Assembly (NCBI GenBank): GCA_965223265.1
Contig: OZ244999.1
Span: 3,712,001-3,776,000, forward strand
Reading direction: 5' to 3'
DNA from: Planctomycetota bacterium
GTDB lineage: Bacteria > Planctomycetota > UBA8108 > SXIK01
DNA length: 64,000 nt
Shown here: one piece after another, positions 18,714-28,573 of the stretch
Position numbering within the stretch: position 1 is the first letter of the stretch
Layout: each line of letters opens with the position of its first letter
Made by a program: the position numbers and the translations under genes
Notes under the pieces: generated by a model
What the model saw: only the letters and a program-made list of their open reading frames with translations
What the model was told of the DNA's origin: nothing
Databases searched by the model: none

Positions 18714-21700
18714 ATGTCAACACGCAAGCGATTTGATCTCAGCAATCTCGCCTGGCGCGGCTTAAGCCATCATCGACGCGCGTATGTAGCAGCAGTGCTG
18801 GCGGCGGCGACGGCGACAGCGATCATCTGCGGTGCATTCTTCGTTGGCGATTCTGTGCGCGGCAGCCTCGAAGCACGCGTCCTCGATCGCCTGGGTCGCA
18901 TCGATCAACTCGTCGAAACGACGGGGTGGGTGCGCCGCGAGCTAGCGACCGAGCTCGAGTCCGACCCGTCGAACGAATCCAACGAGCGAGCAACAGGCGG
19001 CGTCACGGCCGTACCACTGATCATTCAGCGAGCGACGGTGATTCACGCTGACAGTCAGGCGCGTTCGAATACAGTGACGATCTACGGCGTACCGGCGCGC
19101 TTCTGGAGCCTCTGGCCGCACGGTGAGAGAAACGAGACTGAGTTCGCCGACCTTGGGCGCCGTCGTCATGGCTGGCTCAACGCCGAGCTGGCAGATGCCG
19201 TGGGTGCCAAAGCAGAAGAGTCAGTGCTGGTCCACTTGGAGAAACCCAGCGACATTGCGGCTGAGCACCCACTTGGAGAGCGAACGGAACGGCTCCGCCC
19301 GCTGCGTCTGAAAGTGCGCCGGCTCGTTCCGAACGAGGGCGCCGGGCTGTTTCGGCTCGACCAAGGTCAAGGTCCGGTGCACAACCTTTACGTGCCGCTC
19401 GAGATGCTGGGTCGGGCGCTCGAGCGTGAAACCGAGGCCAACGCCATCGTTGTGGCTGCCGGAGAGTTGTCCCCGGAGGCGACGACGACCCGTCTCCACA
19501 CCGCGTGGCATTTGGAAGACGCGGGACTGCGCTTCGAGGTCGACGGCGAACGCGGCTACGCCCGCCTCGAGAGCCGGGAGCTTCTTCTCAGCCCAGCCGT
19601 CCTCGAAGCGGCGAGCAAAACGGCGTTTGATTTGGATGGCCTGACGCTCGAGTCACTGACCTACCTCGCCAACACGATGCGAGTCGGCGAGCGTGAAATT
19701 CCCTACTCCACGGTCACAGCGCTCGGCGTTTGGGAGTCGCAAAGCGGAGCGGTTGCGCCAGCGCTCGCGGCGTTGGCACCTGGTGCCCTCAAAACCGACA
19801 CGATCAACACTGGCGCGCCGCCTCCGTCGATCGTTCTCAACGACTGGGCTGCGGAGGATGCGCAAGCGCAAATTGGCGACACGGTCCGCCTGACCTATTA
19901 CGTCGTCGACGAGCAGCACCAGCTAACGGACGCAGATGTCGATTTTCGCCTCAGCAGCGTCGTAGCGCTGAGCGGTGACGCTGCCGATCCGCATTGGACG
20001 CCGACGTTTCCTGGCGTCTCCGATGCTGACACGCTGCAGTCGTGGGACCCGAGCTTTCCGGTGGACCTCTCGCGCGTGCGGGACAAAGACGACGACTACT
20101 GGGAAGAACACCGAACGACACCAAAGGCGTTCGTCGCACTGGCGAGCGGCAAGGAACTTTGGGCGAGCCGCTTCGGCGTTGCCACGTCGCTGCGTGTACG
20201 ACCCATGCCGCAGCCGGAGGGGGAGAAGGACGGGGACGGGGATGACGCAGAAAGCGACGACTCGCAGCGCCTCGACTCCTGGGCCGCAAAGTTCAAGAGC
20301 ACCCTCCTCCGTGAACTCTCGCCGTCTCAGGTTGGTCTCAGCGTCCAACCGATCCGAGCGATGGGACTCGAATCGGCGCGCGGCGCCACGGACTTCACCC
20401 TCCTTTTCGTCTCGTTCAGCTTTCTCCTCATCGTCGCCGCAGTCGTTCTGCTGACACTCGTTTTTCGGCTCGCCTGCGAGCTCCGATTCGCGGAATTCGG
20501 CACGCTGATGGCGGTCGGCTTCGAACGCCAGAAGGTGCAGTCGCTCCTACTTCGTGAAGGGCTGGGACTGCTCGTCTTCGGCGCGCTCCTCGGTGCCGTC
20601 GCGGGGGTTGCCTACGCGTCTGTTCTCGTCACCGGACTCAAAACGCTGTGGCAAGGCGCGGTCAACGCGCCGTTCCTTCAGCTGCACGTCAGACCGCTGA
20701 GCGTCCTCGCGGGCGCTGGGATCACATGCGTTCTCTCGTTCGTCATGATCTGGCTGGTAGCGCGCCGCGCCAGTCGCCTCGCGCCGGCAAGGCTCTTGGC
20801 AGGCGACACGACAGATCCCGGCGATGGCCAGAGGCGCGCCACCAGATTCGCCGCGCGTTGGCAGTGGTTTGTCGCTCTCGCGCTCGGCGTTGGCGCGGCT
20901 GCGCTTGTGATCTACGGCGCAGCCGTCACCGTGTCTCGACCGGAAGCGATTTTTTTCACTGCTGGGGCGATGAGTCTGGCCTCGGGGCTTCTGACTTTTT
21001 GGATTCTGATCCGCGGCCGCAAGGACTCCGTGCTTCCAGGGCGAGGCCGTGCCGCGCTGTTTTTGTTGGCGGCGCGCAATGCTGGGCGCTCCCCAGGGCG
21101 TAGTCTTTTGACAGTTACCGTGTTGGCAGCGGCGGCGTTTCTCGTCGTTGCCGTCGCGGCTCAGCGTCGCGACGTCAGCCAGTCCACGCCCGACCCTGCG
21201 TCCGGTGATGGCGGTTACGCTCTCATGGCGCGCTCCTCAGTGCCGCTGACGCAGTCGCTCGCAACTGATGCTGGGCGGGAGTCCTTGCAGATCGGCGACG
21301 AGACGCGCCGGCTGCTCGATGCAGCATCCGGGCTGCACGCCTTCCGGGTGCGCCCAGGAGACGACGCCAGCTGCCTCAACCTCTATCGACCCCAATCACC
21401 CCGGATCCTGGGCGCCCCAGCTGGCTTCGTCGCGCAAGGCGGATTTCGCTGGGCGCAGTCGCTGGCAGAAAGCGAGGCGGAGAAGGAAAACCCGTGGCGT
21501 CTCCTCGACCGGGAGTTCCCCGACGGCGCACTCGCCGCAGTCGGCGACCTGAACACCGTCATGTGGATCCTCCACGCCGGCCTTGGTGACACGGTCGAAG
21601 TCGTGGACGATCACGGCCGCACGGTGAAGCTGAGGCTCGTCGGACTGCTGTCACACAGCATCTTTCAGAGCGAACTTGTCATCAGCGCGCAAGCTTTTGT

Positions 21701-22244
21701 TGGCGCGTTCCCACAACTGACGGGCGAGAGCTTTTTCCTCGTCGGCAGCGGACAAGAAGACTCGCCCCAGCTGGCCACCGCTCTTGAAGCCGATTTATCC
21801 GACTGGGGATTCGACGTCACGTCGACAGGCGAGCAGCTGGCGGCGTTCAAACGCGTCGAGAATACCTATCTATCGACGTTTCAAATCCTCGGCGGGCTGG
21901 GCCTCCTCCTGGGGACGCTCGGACTCGCGGTCGTCCTCTACCGCAACGTCACGGAACGGCGCGGCGAGCTGGCGCTTTTGCGTGCGGTCGGCTTTGCCAG
22001 CCGTTCGATTGCCTGGCTGGTCTTCAGCGAAACGATTCTTCTTCTCGGCGTCGGCGTCGTCATCGGCGGTGGCTCCGCTCTGTTAGCGGTCGCCCCGCAG
22101 CTCGCCTCCGCGGCGAGCGAAGTCGACACCCTCGGGCTTGTAGTGACGCTCGTGGTGATCCTAGCCAGCGGCCTTCTTGCGGCGGTGGGAGCGCTGCGCG
22201 CTGCGCTCAAGGCGCCGCTCTTGCCGGCGCTTAGGGCGGGGTGA
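18714..22244 (+). CDS. ABC transporter permease with tandem FtsX/MacB-type units
   Basis: Two repeats of TM - large periplasmic domain - TM bundle; ERRGELALLRAVGF motif. Confidence 0.85.
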   Translation: MSTRKRFDLSNLAWRGLSHHRRAYVAAVLAAATATAIICGAFFVGDSVRGSLEARVLDRLGRIDQLVETTGWVRRELATELESDPSNESNERATGGVTAVPLIIQRATVIHADSQARSNTVTIYGVPARFWSLWPHGERNETEFADLGRRRHGWLNAELADAVGAKAEESVLVHLEKPSDIAAEHPLGERTERLRPLRLKVRRLVPNEGAGLFRLDQGQGPVHNLYVPLEMLGRALERETEANAIVVAAGELSPEATTTRLHTAWHLEDAGLRFEVDGERGYARLESRELLLSPAVLEAASKTAFDLDGLTLESLTYLANTMRVGEREIPYSTVTALGVWESQSGAVAPALAALAPGALKTDTINTGAPPPSIVLNDWAAEDAQAQIGDTVRLTYYVVDEQHQLTDADVDFRLSSVVALSGDAADPHWTPTFPGVSDADTLQSWDPSFPVDLSRVRDKDDDYWEEHRTTPKAFVALASGKELWASRFGVATSLRVRPMPQPEGEKDGDGDDAESDDSQRLDSWAAKFKSTLLRELSPSQVGLSVQPIRAMGLESARGATDFTLLFVSFSFLLIVAAVVLLTLVFRLACELRFAEFGTLMAVGFERQKVQSLLLREGLGLLVFGALLGAVAGVAYASVLVTGLKTLWQGAVNAPFLQLHVRPLSVLAGAGITCVLSFVMIWLVARRASRLAPARLLAGDTTDPGDGQRRATRFAARWQWFVALALGVGAAALVIYGAAVTVSRPEAIFFTAGAMSLASGLLTFWILIRGRKDSVLPGRGRAALFLLAARNAGRSPGRSLLTVTVLAAAAFLVVAVAAQRRDVSQSTPDPASGDGGYALMARSSVPLTQSLATDAGRESLQIGDETRRLLDAASGLHAFRVRPGDDASCLNLYRPQSPRILGAPAGFVAQGGFRWAQSLAESEAEKENPWRLLDREFPDGALAAVGDLNTVMWILHAGLGDTVEVVDDHGRTVKLRLVGLLSHSIFQSELVISAQAFVGAFPQLTGESFFLVGSGQEDSPQLATALEADLSDWGFDVTSTGEQLAAFKRVENTYLSTFQILGGLGLLLGTLGLAVVLYRNVTERRGELALLRAVGFASRSIAWLVFSETILLLGVGVVIGGGSALLAVAPQLASAASEVDTLGLVVTLVVILASGLLAAVGALRAALKAPLLPALRAG

Positions 22245-22323
22245 GGCGCGACAAAGATTTCCACCGGAGTTTTCGCCTCAAGGCACGCGCGACCCGGCCG
22301 TTTGAAACCGCAAAGGGCAACGC

Positions 22324-22988
22324 ATGTGGACCAACATCTTTCCTCTGGCCGGCATGGCTGTCGGGACATACCTTGTTTACGCTTTGGCAGAATCTGGGCT
22401 TGAGATGGAGAACTGGGTTCGAGTTTTGGCAAGCGCTGCCATCCCGGTGGCTCACACTTGTTTCGGATTCTACATCGGTGCCCGCATCGATCGCATGCGA
22501 GTCAACCGCTTCATCGGTCGACACACCGAAAAAAACGATCCCGGCGCTACAAAGCGCGGTCGTGTTGCCCGTCTCGTCGAGCTCTGGTGGGTGGTACTGA
22601 GGCTAACGCTTCCGGTGTCGTGCATTTTGGCCAGTCTCTTTCTTCCTCAGTGGCTACGGCAGAACTTCCCTGATGCGACCTTCGTAGCATGGTTGTTAAT
22701 AGCGTTGCAGATTGTTCTCATCCGGCACATCACTCTGGTGGTGCGGGAAGAGCTCGCAGTCCGTCAAACCCACCGCGACCTCAAGGCTCTCTCGAGCCGC
22801 TGGGCATGGTTCGATTGGAATGTGATCGAAGCGCGTGTCCAGAAAATAGCGCCGGCGCTCAGCCGCCTACGAAGCGGAGACCCGATAGAAGACGCGGCTG
22901 ACTTGTTCGATCCTGACTTTTTGCATATGGAGCAGCAGATCCTCGAGAAGGCCGCCAACGAAGAAATAACGAGTGTTTCTGACGTCTC
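22324..22988 (+). pseudogene. 5' half of a membrane-anchored Tim44-like domain protein, cut at the left inversion junction
   Basis: Four hydrophobic helices, then ..FDWNVIEARVQKI..FDPDFLHMEQQILEK..SVSDVS; stops at the junction; continues in frame into 25696-25292 (minus strand) if the segment is re-inverted. Confidence 0.7.
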
Positions 22989-23305
22989 TTGAGAGATCGC
23001 AGAAGTACTTTGAGGATGTCTTCAACTTTCGGTGCACTCCACATCCGAGCGACGGCGGCACTGTGTGTGTCGAATCGCCACATGTTCACCTCTTTCTCCA
23101 ACAGGCTCGAGGCGCCGCAGAGTTCCTTCGTCAGCAACACCTGTCGTTCGAGGTTGCAGACCTTGAGTGCGTCATCGAGTCGCTCCAGCTTCGAGGCGAG
23201 ACGTATGAAGTGGGTCTCTTCGACGCCTTCGAACATCGAAACTATCGCTGGTGCGAATGGCGTGGTCCAGACGAGATCCGGCTGGAGTGTGTCCAAGTCC
23301 TCTAA
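22988..23305 (+). pseudogene. 3' part of a VOC/glyoxalase-family gene lacking its first beta-strand and His
   Basis: LERSQKYFEDVF...QHLSFEVADL...GPDEIRLECV; an in-frame TAA lies just upstream; the missing N-terminus is at 25749-25699 (minus strand). Confidence 0.75.
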
Positions 23306-23317
23306 TCGTGCGGTTTC

Positions 23318-25222
23318 TCACCTCGGAGTGAACTTTCGCCTCTCCTTCGTCTGGCGCCACGTGACGACGACACTCCGAGGCGGCACGTCGACGGCTTGAG
23401 TTTGAAATCTTTGAGATCCAAAATTCGCGACGATGTCGATTTGATCTCCGAAGACCGTCTTCTGAACGGATCGATCCGGCGATAGCCAGACGAAGTCAGT
23501 CAGTGGAAGGAGTGTGAGCTCACGATGGAGCGGCGAGAAGAACTTGTAGTGCGCGCTTATGCGTGCTCGGTGTTTTTCAAGTTCCTTCATGTTCAGATGG
23601 TAGAGCGGCGGCACGTTGTAGAGCAGCTCCCACAGCTCTGTCGTTTGCACCTGGTCACGGAACTTCAGGCTGGCACGCCCCCAGTGGTGTGTGACGACGA
23701 CTGAGTCGTTGAACACCACTTGATAGAGCGGCAGCAAGAAACGAGGGTCGCGAAAGTAGCGGTAGCTCGGCTTCAGCGGCACCTGCATCATGAAGACTCT
23801 CGGGGCATTTGGAGGCCAATAGCCGCCGAGCCAGTATTCGGAGTCCCTATTCTTGAGGTCAGGGTCGCCCCACCCTAGCGTTGGGGCCGTGACTCCATGC
23901 GCGAAGTGGATGTTTCGCGCGACAAGATAAGCCCCACCTTCCGAACCGATGACCGCGCCGTGGGTGCGGTTGATCCACGCCAGTCGGTCGATCCGGGCGC
24001 GCAGATCGTCGAGCTGTGAAGCGGGGCGGATTTCAGAATAGTCATCGAACCATTGGCCGAACGCATCGCAATCGACGAAACACGAATTGAAAGCGTGTGT
24101 CGCCATGATCCCATTGACTCGCTTCTCGACGTAGGGACGGGCAGCGATCGGGCTCAGTACGTAGCCTTTGCCTCGAAAGCCTTGCCGCTTCGTTCCGTCC
24201 ATGTTCATGATCGGGCCGGTTTCGTAGAGTTCCAAGTCGAACTGGGCCGTCACCCAAGTATCCTTCTCCTCCGGATGGTGAATGCTGTGGTATGAGTCGT
24301 ATGGCCCCATGAGGAAGCCCAAGTCGGCAGCTCGGGTTGGTAGTTCTGGTTGGTCCGCCGCGACGTCCAAATCGTTCAGTGTCAGACACATGCGATCGAG
24401 GCCATACGATTTGAGTCGCTCGAGCATTTGCATGGAAACGCCATCTCCCCAAAGGTATGCGTGAGCGGCACCCAGGAGTCGTTCGGCGCGAGGCGTTTGT
24501 CGCAATTTGGCATCGATTCCGACGAATTCTCTCCGACTCGTGAGCCAGCGGCGGAATTGCCTGGCCGGCTCCACCGGCGATGGAGGTCCGAACCGTACGA
24601 CGACGCCGAACTCCTTCCGTTTTCGATTTCTTGTGAATCGATGCGTCGCCTGAAGCGCGAGCGTGTCGCCCTCTGACCGATAGAGCAGATCGGTGTTGAA
24701 CGGATTCGTGAGGATGAAGGTCAGCGAGCGAGTCTTGAGGTGTAGCCCCCAAAACGGCATGGACAACTCCGTCACTCTGAACGACTGATCCGCGAGATAC
24801 TCCCGCCAGACAGTATCGTGCGGCGGGATATACCAGCCGCACGAGTGAGGGACAACGTACCCTTCGACTTCTGGCGCCGCCTTGACGACCGGCCACGTCA
24901 GGTCTTGTTCGCGCTCAGAGATAAAGTTGACGACGAGTTCGTCGGCTCTCAGCCGACACTGTACGTTCAATGCCAGTTCCGGAAGATGCCACGATGCGGT
25001 GTTGCCGTGGACTTTGAGACGAGCAACTGCAGATGCAGTCTTCCGCGGTTCAGAGAGGTTGAGCCGTTCGCCTCCCGGGAAGACGATCTCGATTTTTATG
25101 TTGGACGGATCGATGACAGCTGTCTGCCCGGAATGCGAGAGGCGCACCGCGTCGCCTGCAGTTGCGATCGCACTCCATCCAACAACCATCCAGACGATCA
25201 CTCTAACGTTTGGCGGCTGCAT
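23318..25222 (-). CDS. Secreted glycoside hydrolase, GH129/GH101-related family
   Basis: Signal peptide after an AAGGAG RBS (start 25222); RLLGAAHAYLWG, GFLMGPYDSYH, FVDCDA, VIGSEGG, PLYQVVFNDSVVVTHHW. Confidence 0.65.
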   Translation of the reverse strand: MQPPNVRVIVWMVVGWSAIATAGDAVRLSHSGQTAVIDPSNIKIEIVFPGGERLNLSEPRKTASAVARLKVHGNTASWHLPELALNVQCRLRADELVVNFISEREQDLTWPVVKAAPEVEGYVVPHSCGWYIPPHDTVWREYLADQSFRVTELSMPFWGLHLKTRSLTFILTNPFNTDLLYRSEGDTLALQATHRFTRNRKRKEFGVVVRFGPPSPVEPARQFRRWLTSRREFVGIDAKLRQTPRAERLLGAAHAYLWGDGVSMQMLERLKSYGLDRMCLTLNDLDVAADQPELPTRAADLGFLMGPYDSYHSIHHPEEKDTWVTAQFDLELYETGPIMNMDGTKRQGFRGKGYVLSPIAARPYVEKRVNGIMATHAFNSCFVDCDAFGQWFDDYSEIRPASQLDDLRARIDRLAWINRTHGAVIGSEGGAYLVARNIHFAHGVTAPTLGWGDPDLKNRDSEYWLGGYWPPNAPRVFMMQVPLKPSYRYFRDPRFLLPLYQVVFNDSVVVTHHWGRASLKFRDQVQTTELWELLYNVPPLYHLNMKELEKHRARISAHYKFFSPLHRELTLLPLTDFVWLSPDRSVQKTVFGDQIDIVANFGSQRFQTQAVDVPPRSVVVTWRQTKERRKFTPR

Positions 25223-25291
25223 GCTCTTCGCTCCTTTCGTGCGCCGTGTGTCTGCGTCGGCGAGGAGCACTCGGGGCTTGAAATCAGAGGC

Positions 25292-25696
25292 TCAAACGCT
25301 TGGTTTGTGATCAGCTTGATCGCCCGCTTGTGATCCTCGCTCTGCTTCGCTCCTACCCCGAAGTTCCTTCGCACTCTCTTCCGACCCACTCCCTGATTGC
25401 GCGTGCCGTCGGTGTGACTCTGTGCGTCTCTCCAGGTGCACAGTCGACGTCTGGTTGTTCTCGCGGACAAGACTGTACCCCGCGGAACCTTCCGCAACGC
25501 CGCACAGCTGCCAGTTCACGCCCGTGTGGACCAACCACCAGATGAAGCAGTGGTTCTGCTCTGCGTGTCGCCCCTCGAGAAGTGTCCCTGAGTCATCCTC
25601 GATGAAATCGATGAGCCTCAGGCGAACCTCAACGCTCACCAATGTCTCCCGGTCTTCTGTCTCCGCGAAGACGGAAACTGGACGTATGCGTTTGAT
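25292..25696 (-). pseudogene. 3' half of the Tim44-like domain protein
   Basis: IKRIRPVSV..VSVEVRLRLIDFIEDDSGTLLEG..FIWWLVHTGVNWQLCGV resembles the Tim44/NTF2-like C-terminal strands; no convincing start of its own. Confidence 0.7.
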
Positions 25697-25698
25697 CG

Positions 25699-25749
25699 AG
25701 ATGAGCAGACCAGAAGGCACACATGGTCGATCGACCGCGGGAGAATCAC
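25699..25749 (-). pseudogene. 5' end of the VOC gene (MILPRSIDHVCLLVCSS)
   Basis: GTG start with upstream GAGG, 32 nt after the NUDIX stop; IDHVCLLV is the VOC first strand with its metal-binding His. Confidence 0.75.
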
Positions 25750-25781
25750 TGTCACCTCACTATCAGGCTGCTATAATTGGC

Positions 25782-26240
25782 TCACACTTCGTCCTGCTGC
25801 ACGGCCCAGCAGTGACTCTCGTGTGTCAGTAGACTAAGCGCCTCCACCGTGGAAACCCAGATCAGCTCGTGTCCCGGCGCAGCCGTGGTCGCTGCGGAAT
25901 CGATCAGAGCCGCGCTGAAGAAGGTGCTACGCTTGTCGAAGTACGCGCCTTCGCTCTCGGCATGAACAAGCTGGCTAGCGACGCCGAGCGGCGAGATGAC
26001 CTCGGCCGTGAAGCCGCACTCCTCTCTCACTTCGCGCAGCACAGTGTCCTCAAGCGACTCGGCAGGTTCCTGGCCGCCGCCCGGAAGAAAGACTCCTTCG
26101 ACGGTCCTGACGAGAGCGACACGGTGATGCGCGTCGCGAACGACTCCGTATGCACTCGGGCGCAGCGTATACTCGTGGCCTGGCTCACGCTCACCAAACT
26201 GCGGCGGATCGCTGAAAGTTGGGGCGTTTCCTGATGACAT
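25782..26240 (-). CDS. NUDIX hydrolase
   Basis: Nudix box GGGQEPAESLEDTVLREVREECG. Confidence 0.9.
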   Translation of the reverse strand: MSSGNAPTFSDPPQFGEREPGHEYTLRPSAYGVVRDAHHRVALVRTVEGVFLPGGGQEPAESLEDTVLREVREECGFTAEVISPLGVASQLVHAESEGAYFDKRSTFFSAALIDSAATTAAPGHELIWVSTVEALSLLTHESHCWAVQQDEV

Positions 26241-26372
26241 GAACTGATCGGATCTCGGTGCCCTTCAAGAGTTTCCTTGCAGCCAGCCGCGCGGCGACCA
26301 CGGCGCCCTACGGTTCGTGGACGCTGTGGTTTTGATTCAACTCGCGATCTTTCCCGTCTTCTTCAGAGACAC

Positions 26373-27056
26373 TCACCGGGTATCCCGTTGCAGCTGGTAG
26401 ACCGCCCGGATGCGGCGGACGTCTTCTTCGTACGGATCCACGAACTCGTCGACGCTCTGCAGACAGAGCTCGGCGGCAGAGCAGAAGCTTTCGCATTCCG
26501 CCCGCGTCAGCGGCCAGGGCATCTCGCCGCGGTCTTCTCCCTTTTCCCGTGCTCGACAGATCACCAGCAAGACCCCTCGCGGAGCCAAGCACGACGCCAG
26601 ACAGACGATCGCCTGGCCGCGGAGCGCTTCTGGGAGCACCTGCAGCGTGTACACTTCGACCACCAGATCAAACTTTCCAAGCCACGACGGCCTCGGCTCG
26701 AACAGGTCAGCCGCGACGTAGTCGACCTTCGATCCAGCGAATCTCCTCCGGCACCAATCGATCGCCGTCGGCGCGATGTCGAACGCCGTCGTCTCGAAGC
26801 CGGCAGTGGCGAGCGCCTCGGCGTCATCCCCGAGACCGCAGCCGACGACGAGACAGGCTCTCCCCGACTCGCCCGGAGGCTGCCCGCGCAGCCAGTCGCG
26901 TAGGTGCGGATTCGGCCGCAGGTCCGCCCACGGAATGGTCGACGCCTCCCCGCCGCTGGCGCGGTAGAAAGGCTCAAACCACCCCAGCGCGTCGCCCTGC
27001 GCCAAATACGAATTGGCAAGCTCTCGCGCCAAACGTCGCGTGTCGGGATCTTTCAT
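26373..27056 (-). CDS. Class I SAM-dependent methyltransferase (thiopurine methyltransferase-like)
   Basis: GWFEPFY, IPWADLRPNP, LVVGCGLGDDAE, FDIAPTAI, PWPLTRAE; start moved to ATG 27056. Confidence 0.85.
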   Translation of the reverse strand: MKDPDTRRLARELANSYLAQGDALGWFEPFYRASGGEASTIPWADLRPNPHLRDWLRGQPPGESGRACLVVGCGLGDDAEALATAGFETTAFDIAPTAIDWCRRRFAGSKVDYVAADLFEPRPSWLGKFDLVVEVYTLQVLPEALRGQAIVCLASCLAPRGVLLVICRAREKGEDRGEMPWPLTRAECESFCSAAELCLQSVDEFVDPYEEDVRRIRAVYQLQRDTR

Positions 27057-27154
27057 GAGACTCACCATACAATGGCTCGGACCACAATGCTTGCCGCTTC
27101 CCTGCTGCCGTCGACGTTGACTCGTCACGCTTCTGTGCGTAAAAGGAGCTCCAA

Positions 27155-27991
27155 TTGACCGCACTTCGCCACTTCGCATTTACACTCGGCATCCTCAGCG
27201 GCTGCGCGACACAGCACGGCGCCGTCGAGGTGTTTCAGTTCTTCGAGCCCATCCGCCCACCGCGTGCTGTGCAAGTGGTAGCACACCGCGGAGCTGCCGC
27301 GCGAGCACCTGAGAACACTCGCCCCTCGATTACGCACGCGATCGAGGCCGGTGTCGAGTGGGCCGAGCTCGACGTGCGCCGGACGCGCGACGGCCATCAC
27401 GTTCTCTTTCACGACCGCACGCTCGATGCGAAGACAAACGGCAAAGGTCGCCTTGAGGATCACACTCTCGCCGAGCTCAAGGAACTCGACGCCGGTTCGT
27501 GGTTCGCGCCGCGCTTCGCTGGCGAAAAGCTGCTGACGCTTGCTGAGGCGCTTCGCTTGACGAAAGGGAAAATCAATCTCAATCTCGACCTCAAGGCAGT
27601 GAATCACCGGCAGCTCGTAGAGGAGATCCACGCTGCGAAGATGGAACGCCAAGTGATCGTCTACGATAGCGTCGAAGACCTGAAGCGCTTGCAGAAGATC
27701 TCTGCAGGCAAGATCGCCATCATGGCGAAGTGGGAACCGAAGTTGGGCTTCGACGCCTGGATCGCCGAGCTCAAACCGCATTCGGTTGAAGTCGACGCGG
27801 ACGACATCACTGCAGATGTCTGTCGTCGCTTCCGCGCCAAAGGAATCATTGTCGAGGCCAAGATGCTCGGAGAGGCGTGGGATCACGCGGACTACTGGGA
27901 AGAGATGATCGTGGCGGGCGTCCAGCAGCTGCAGACGGACTTTCCCACGCAGGTCCGCGATCACATTCTCGCGCGCCGACCGACGAAGTGA
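27155..27991 (+). CDS. Glycerophosphodiester phosphodiesterase family protein, probable lipoprotein
   Basis: LSGC lipobox, VAHRGA, PENT, ELDVRRTRDG, HD, QTDFP. Confidence 0.88.
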   Translation: MTALRHFAFTLGILSGCATQHGAVEVFQFFEPIRPPRAVQVVAHRGAAARAPENTRPSITHAIEAGVEWAELDVRRTRDGHHVLFHDRTLDAKTNGKGRLEDHTLAELKELDAGSWFAPRFAGEKLLTLAEALRLTKGKINLNLDLKAVNHRQLVEEIHAAKMERQVIVYDSVEDLKRLQKISAGKIAIMAKWEPKLGFDAWIAELKPHSVEVDADDITADVCRRFRAKGIIVEAKMLGEAWDHADYWEEMIVAGVQQLQTDFPTQVRDHILARRPTK

Positions 27992-28267
27992 CGCGAGGCC
28001 TTGCTTGAAAATCGAGCAGAGCACCATCGCTGCCGTGCGCGTCGTCACGATCCATGAGCAGCAGTGCCGAATTCGCCAACGTGCAGTTTCACGCCAGCAA
28101 TCGAAAGTGAACGGTGAGCGGCGGGCACGCATTATCGGCCACGCGCCTAACAGCACCCCAACGGTGGGATTTTCGGCCCTGCTTCTACGCTCAAACTGCA
28201 GCTTCCATTTCCACGCTTCATGGCGTACAAATTGGATAGCTGTTTTCGGTTACGTCAGGGCAGACGC

Positions 28268-28312
28268 GGACCGAGCGAAAGGACCGAGCGAAAGGACCGA
28301 CCGAAAGGAGCG
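28268..28312 (+). repeat. 13-bp tandem repeat GGACCGA(G/C)CGAAA x3 plus a partial copy
   Basis: ggaccgagcgaaa ggaccgagcgaaa ggaccgaccgaaa ggagcg, intergenic. Confidence 0.8.
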
Positions 28313-28573
28313 GCATAGACGACAGCGGGTGTCGATTCGCTGTCGCTCAGATGAGAGGTGGTTGCACTCTCATCGGCGGCGGCGCGCTTAAGGAAGAATC
28401 GGAGAGAACGAATTCCATCACGTCGCCATTGAAACGTGGCGACATCAACCCGCGAGATCGCAGAGGAATCGGCACTGGCTAGGGCCCGCGTCAGGCGGTG
28501 CATATGCCCGGTCGAAACCTTACTCTTCCATGCGATTCTTCCCCGCCAGGTACCCGAGGCGAAACTGACCCGC

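Larger units (their letters stand above)
22985..25701. other. Inverted segment (22989-25697) bounded by TCTC (22985-22988) and GAGA (25698-25701)
   Basis: Re-inversion restores two interrupted ORFs in frame at once. Confidence 0.85.

Noticed and set aside
22985-25701. Classical invertase or shufflon switch
   Set aside because: Only 4 bp of inverted identity and no recombinase in the window; kept as an inversion of unknown mechanism
28268-28312. Possible mini-CRISPR
   Set aside because: The 13-bp units are directly adjacent, with no spacers and no cas genes
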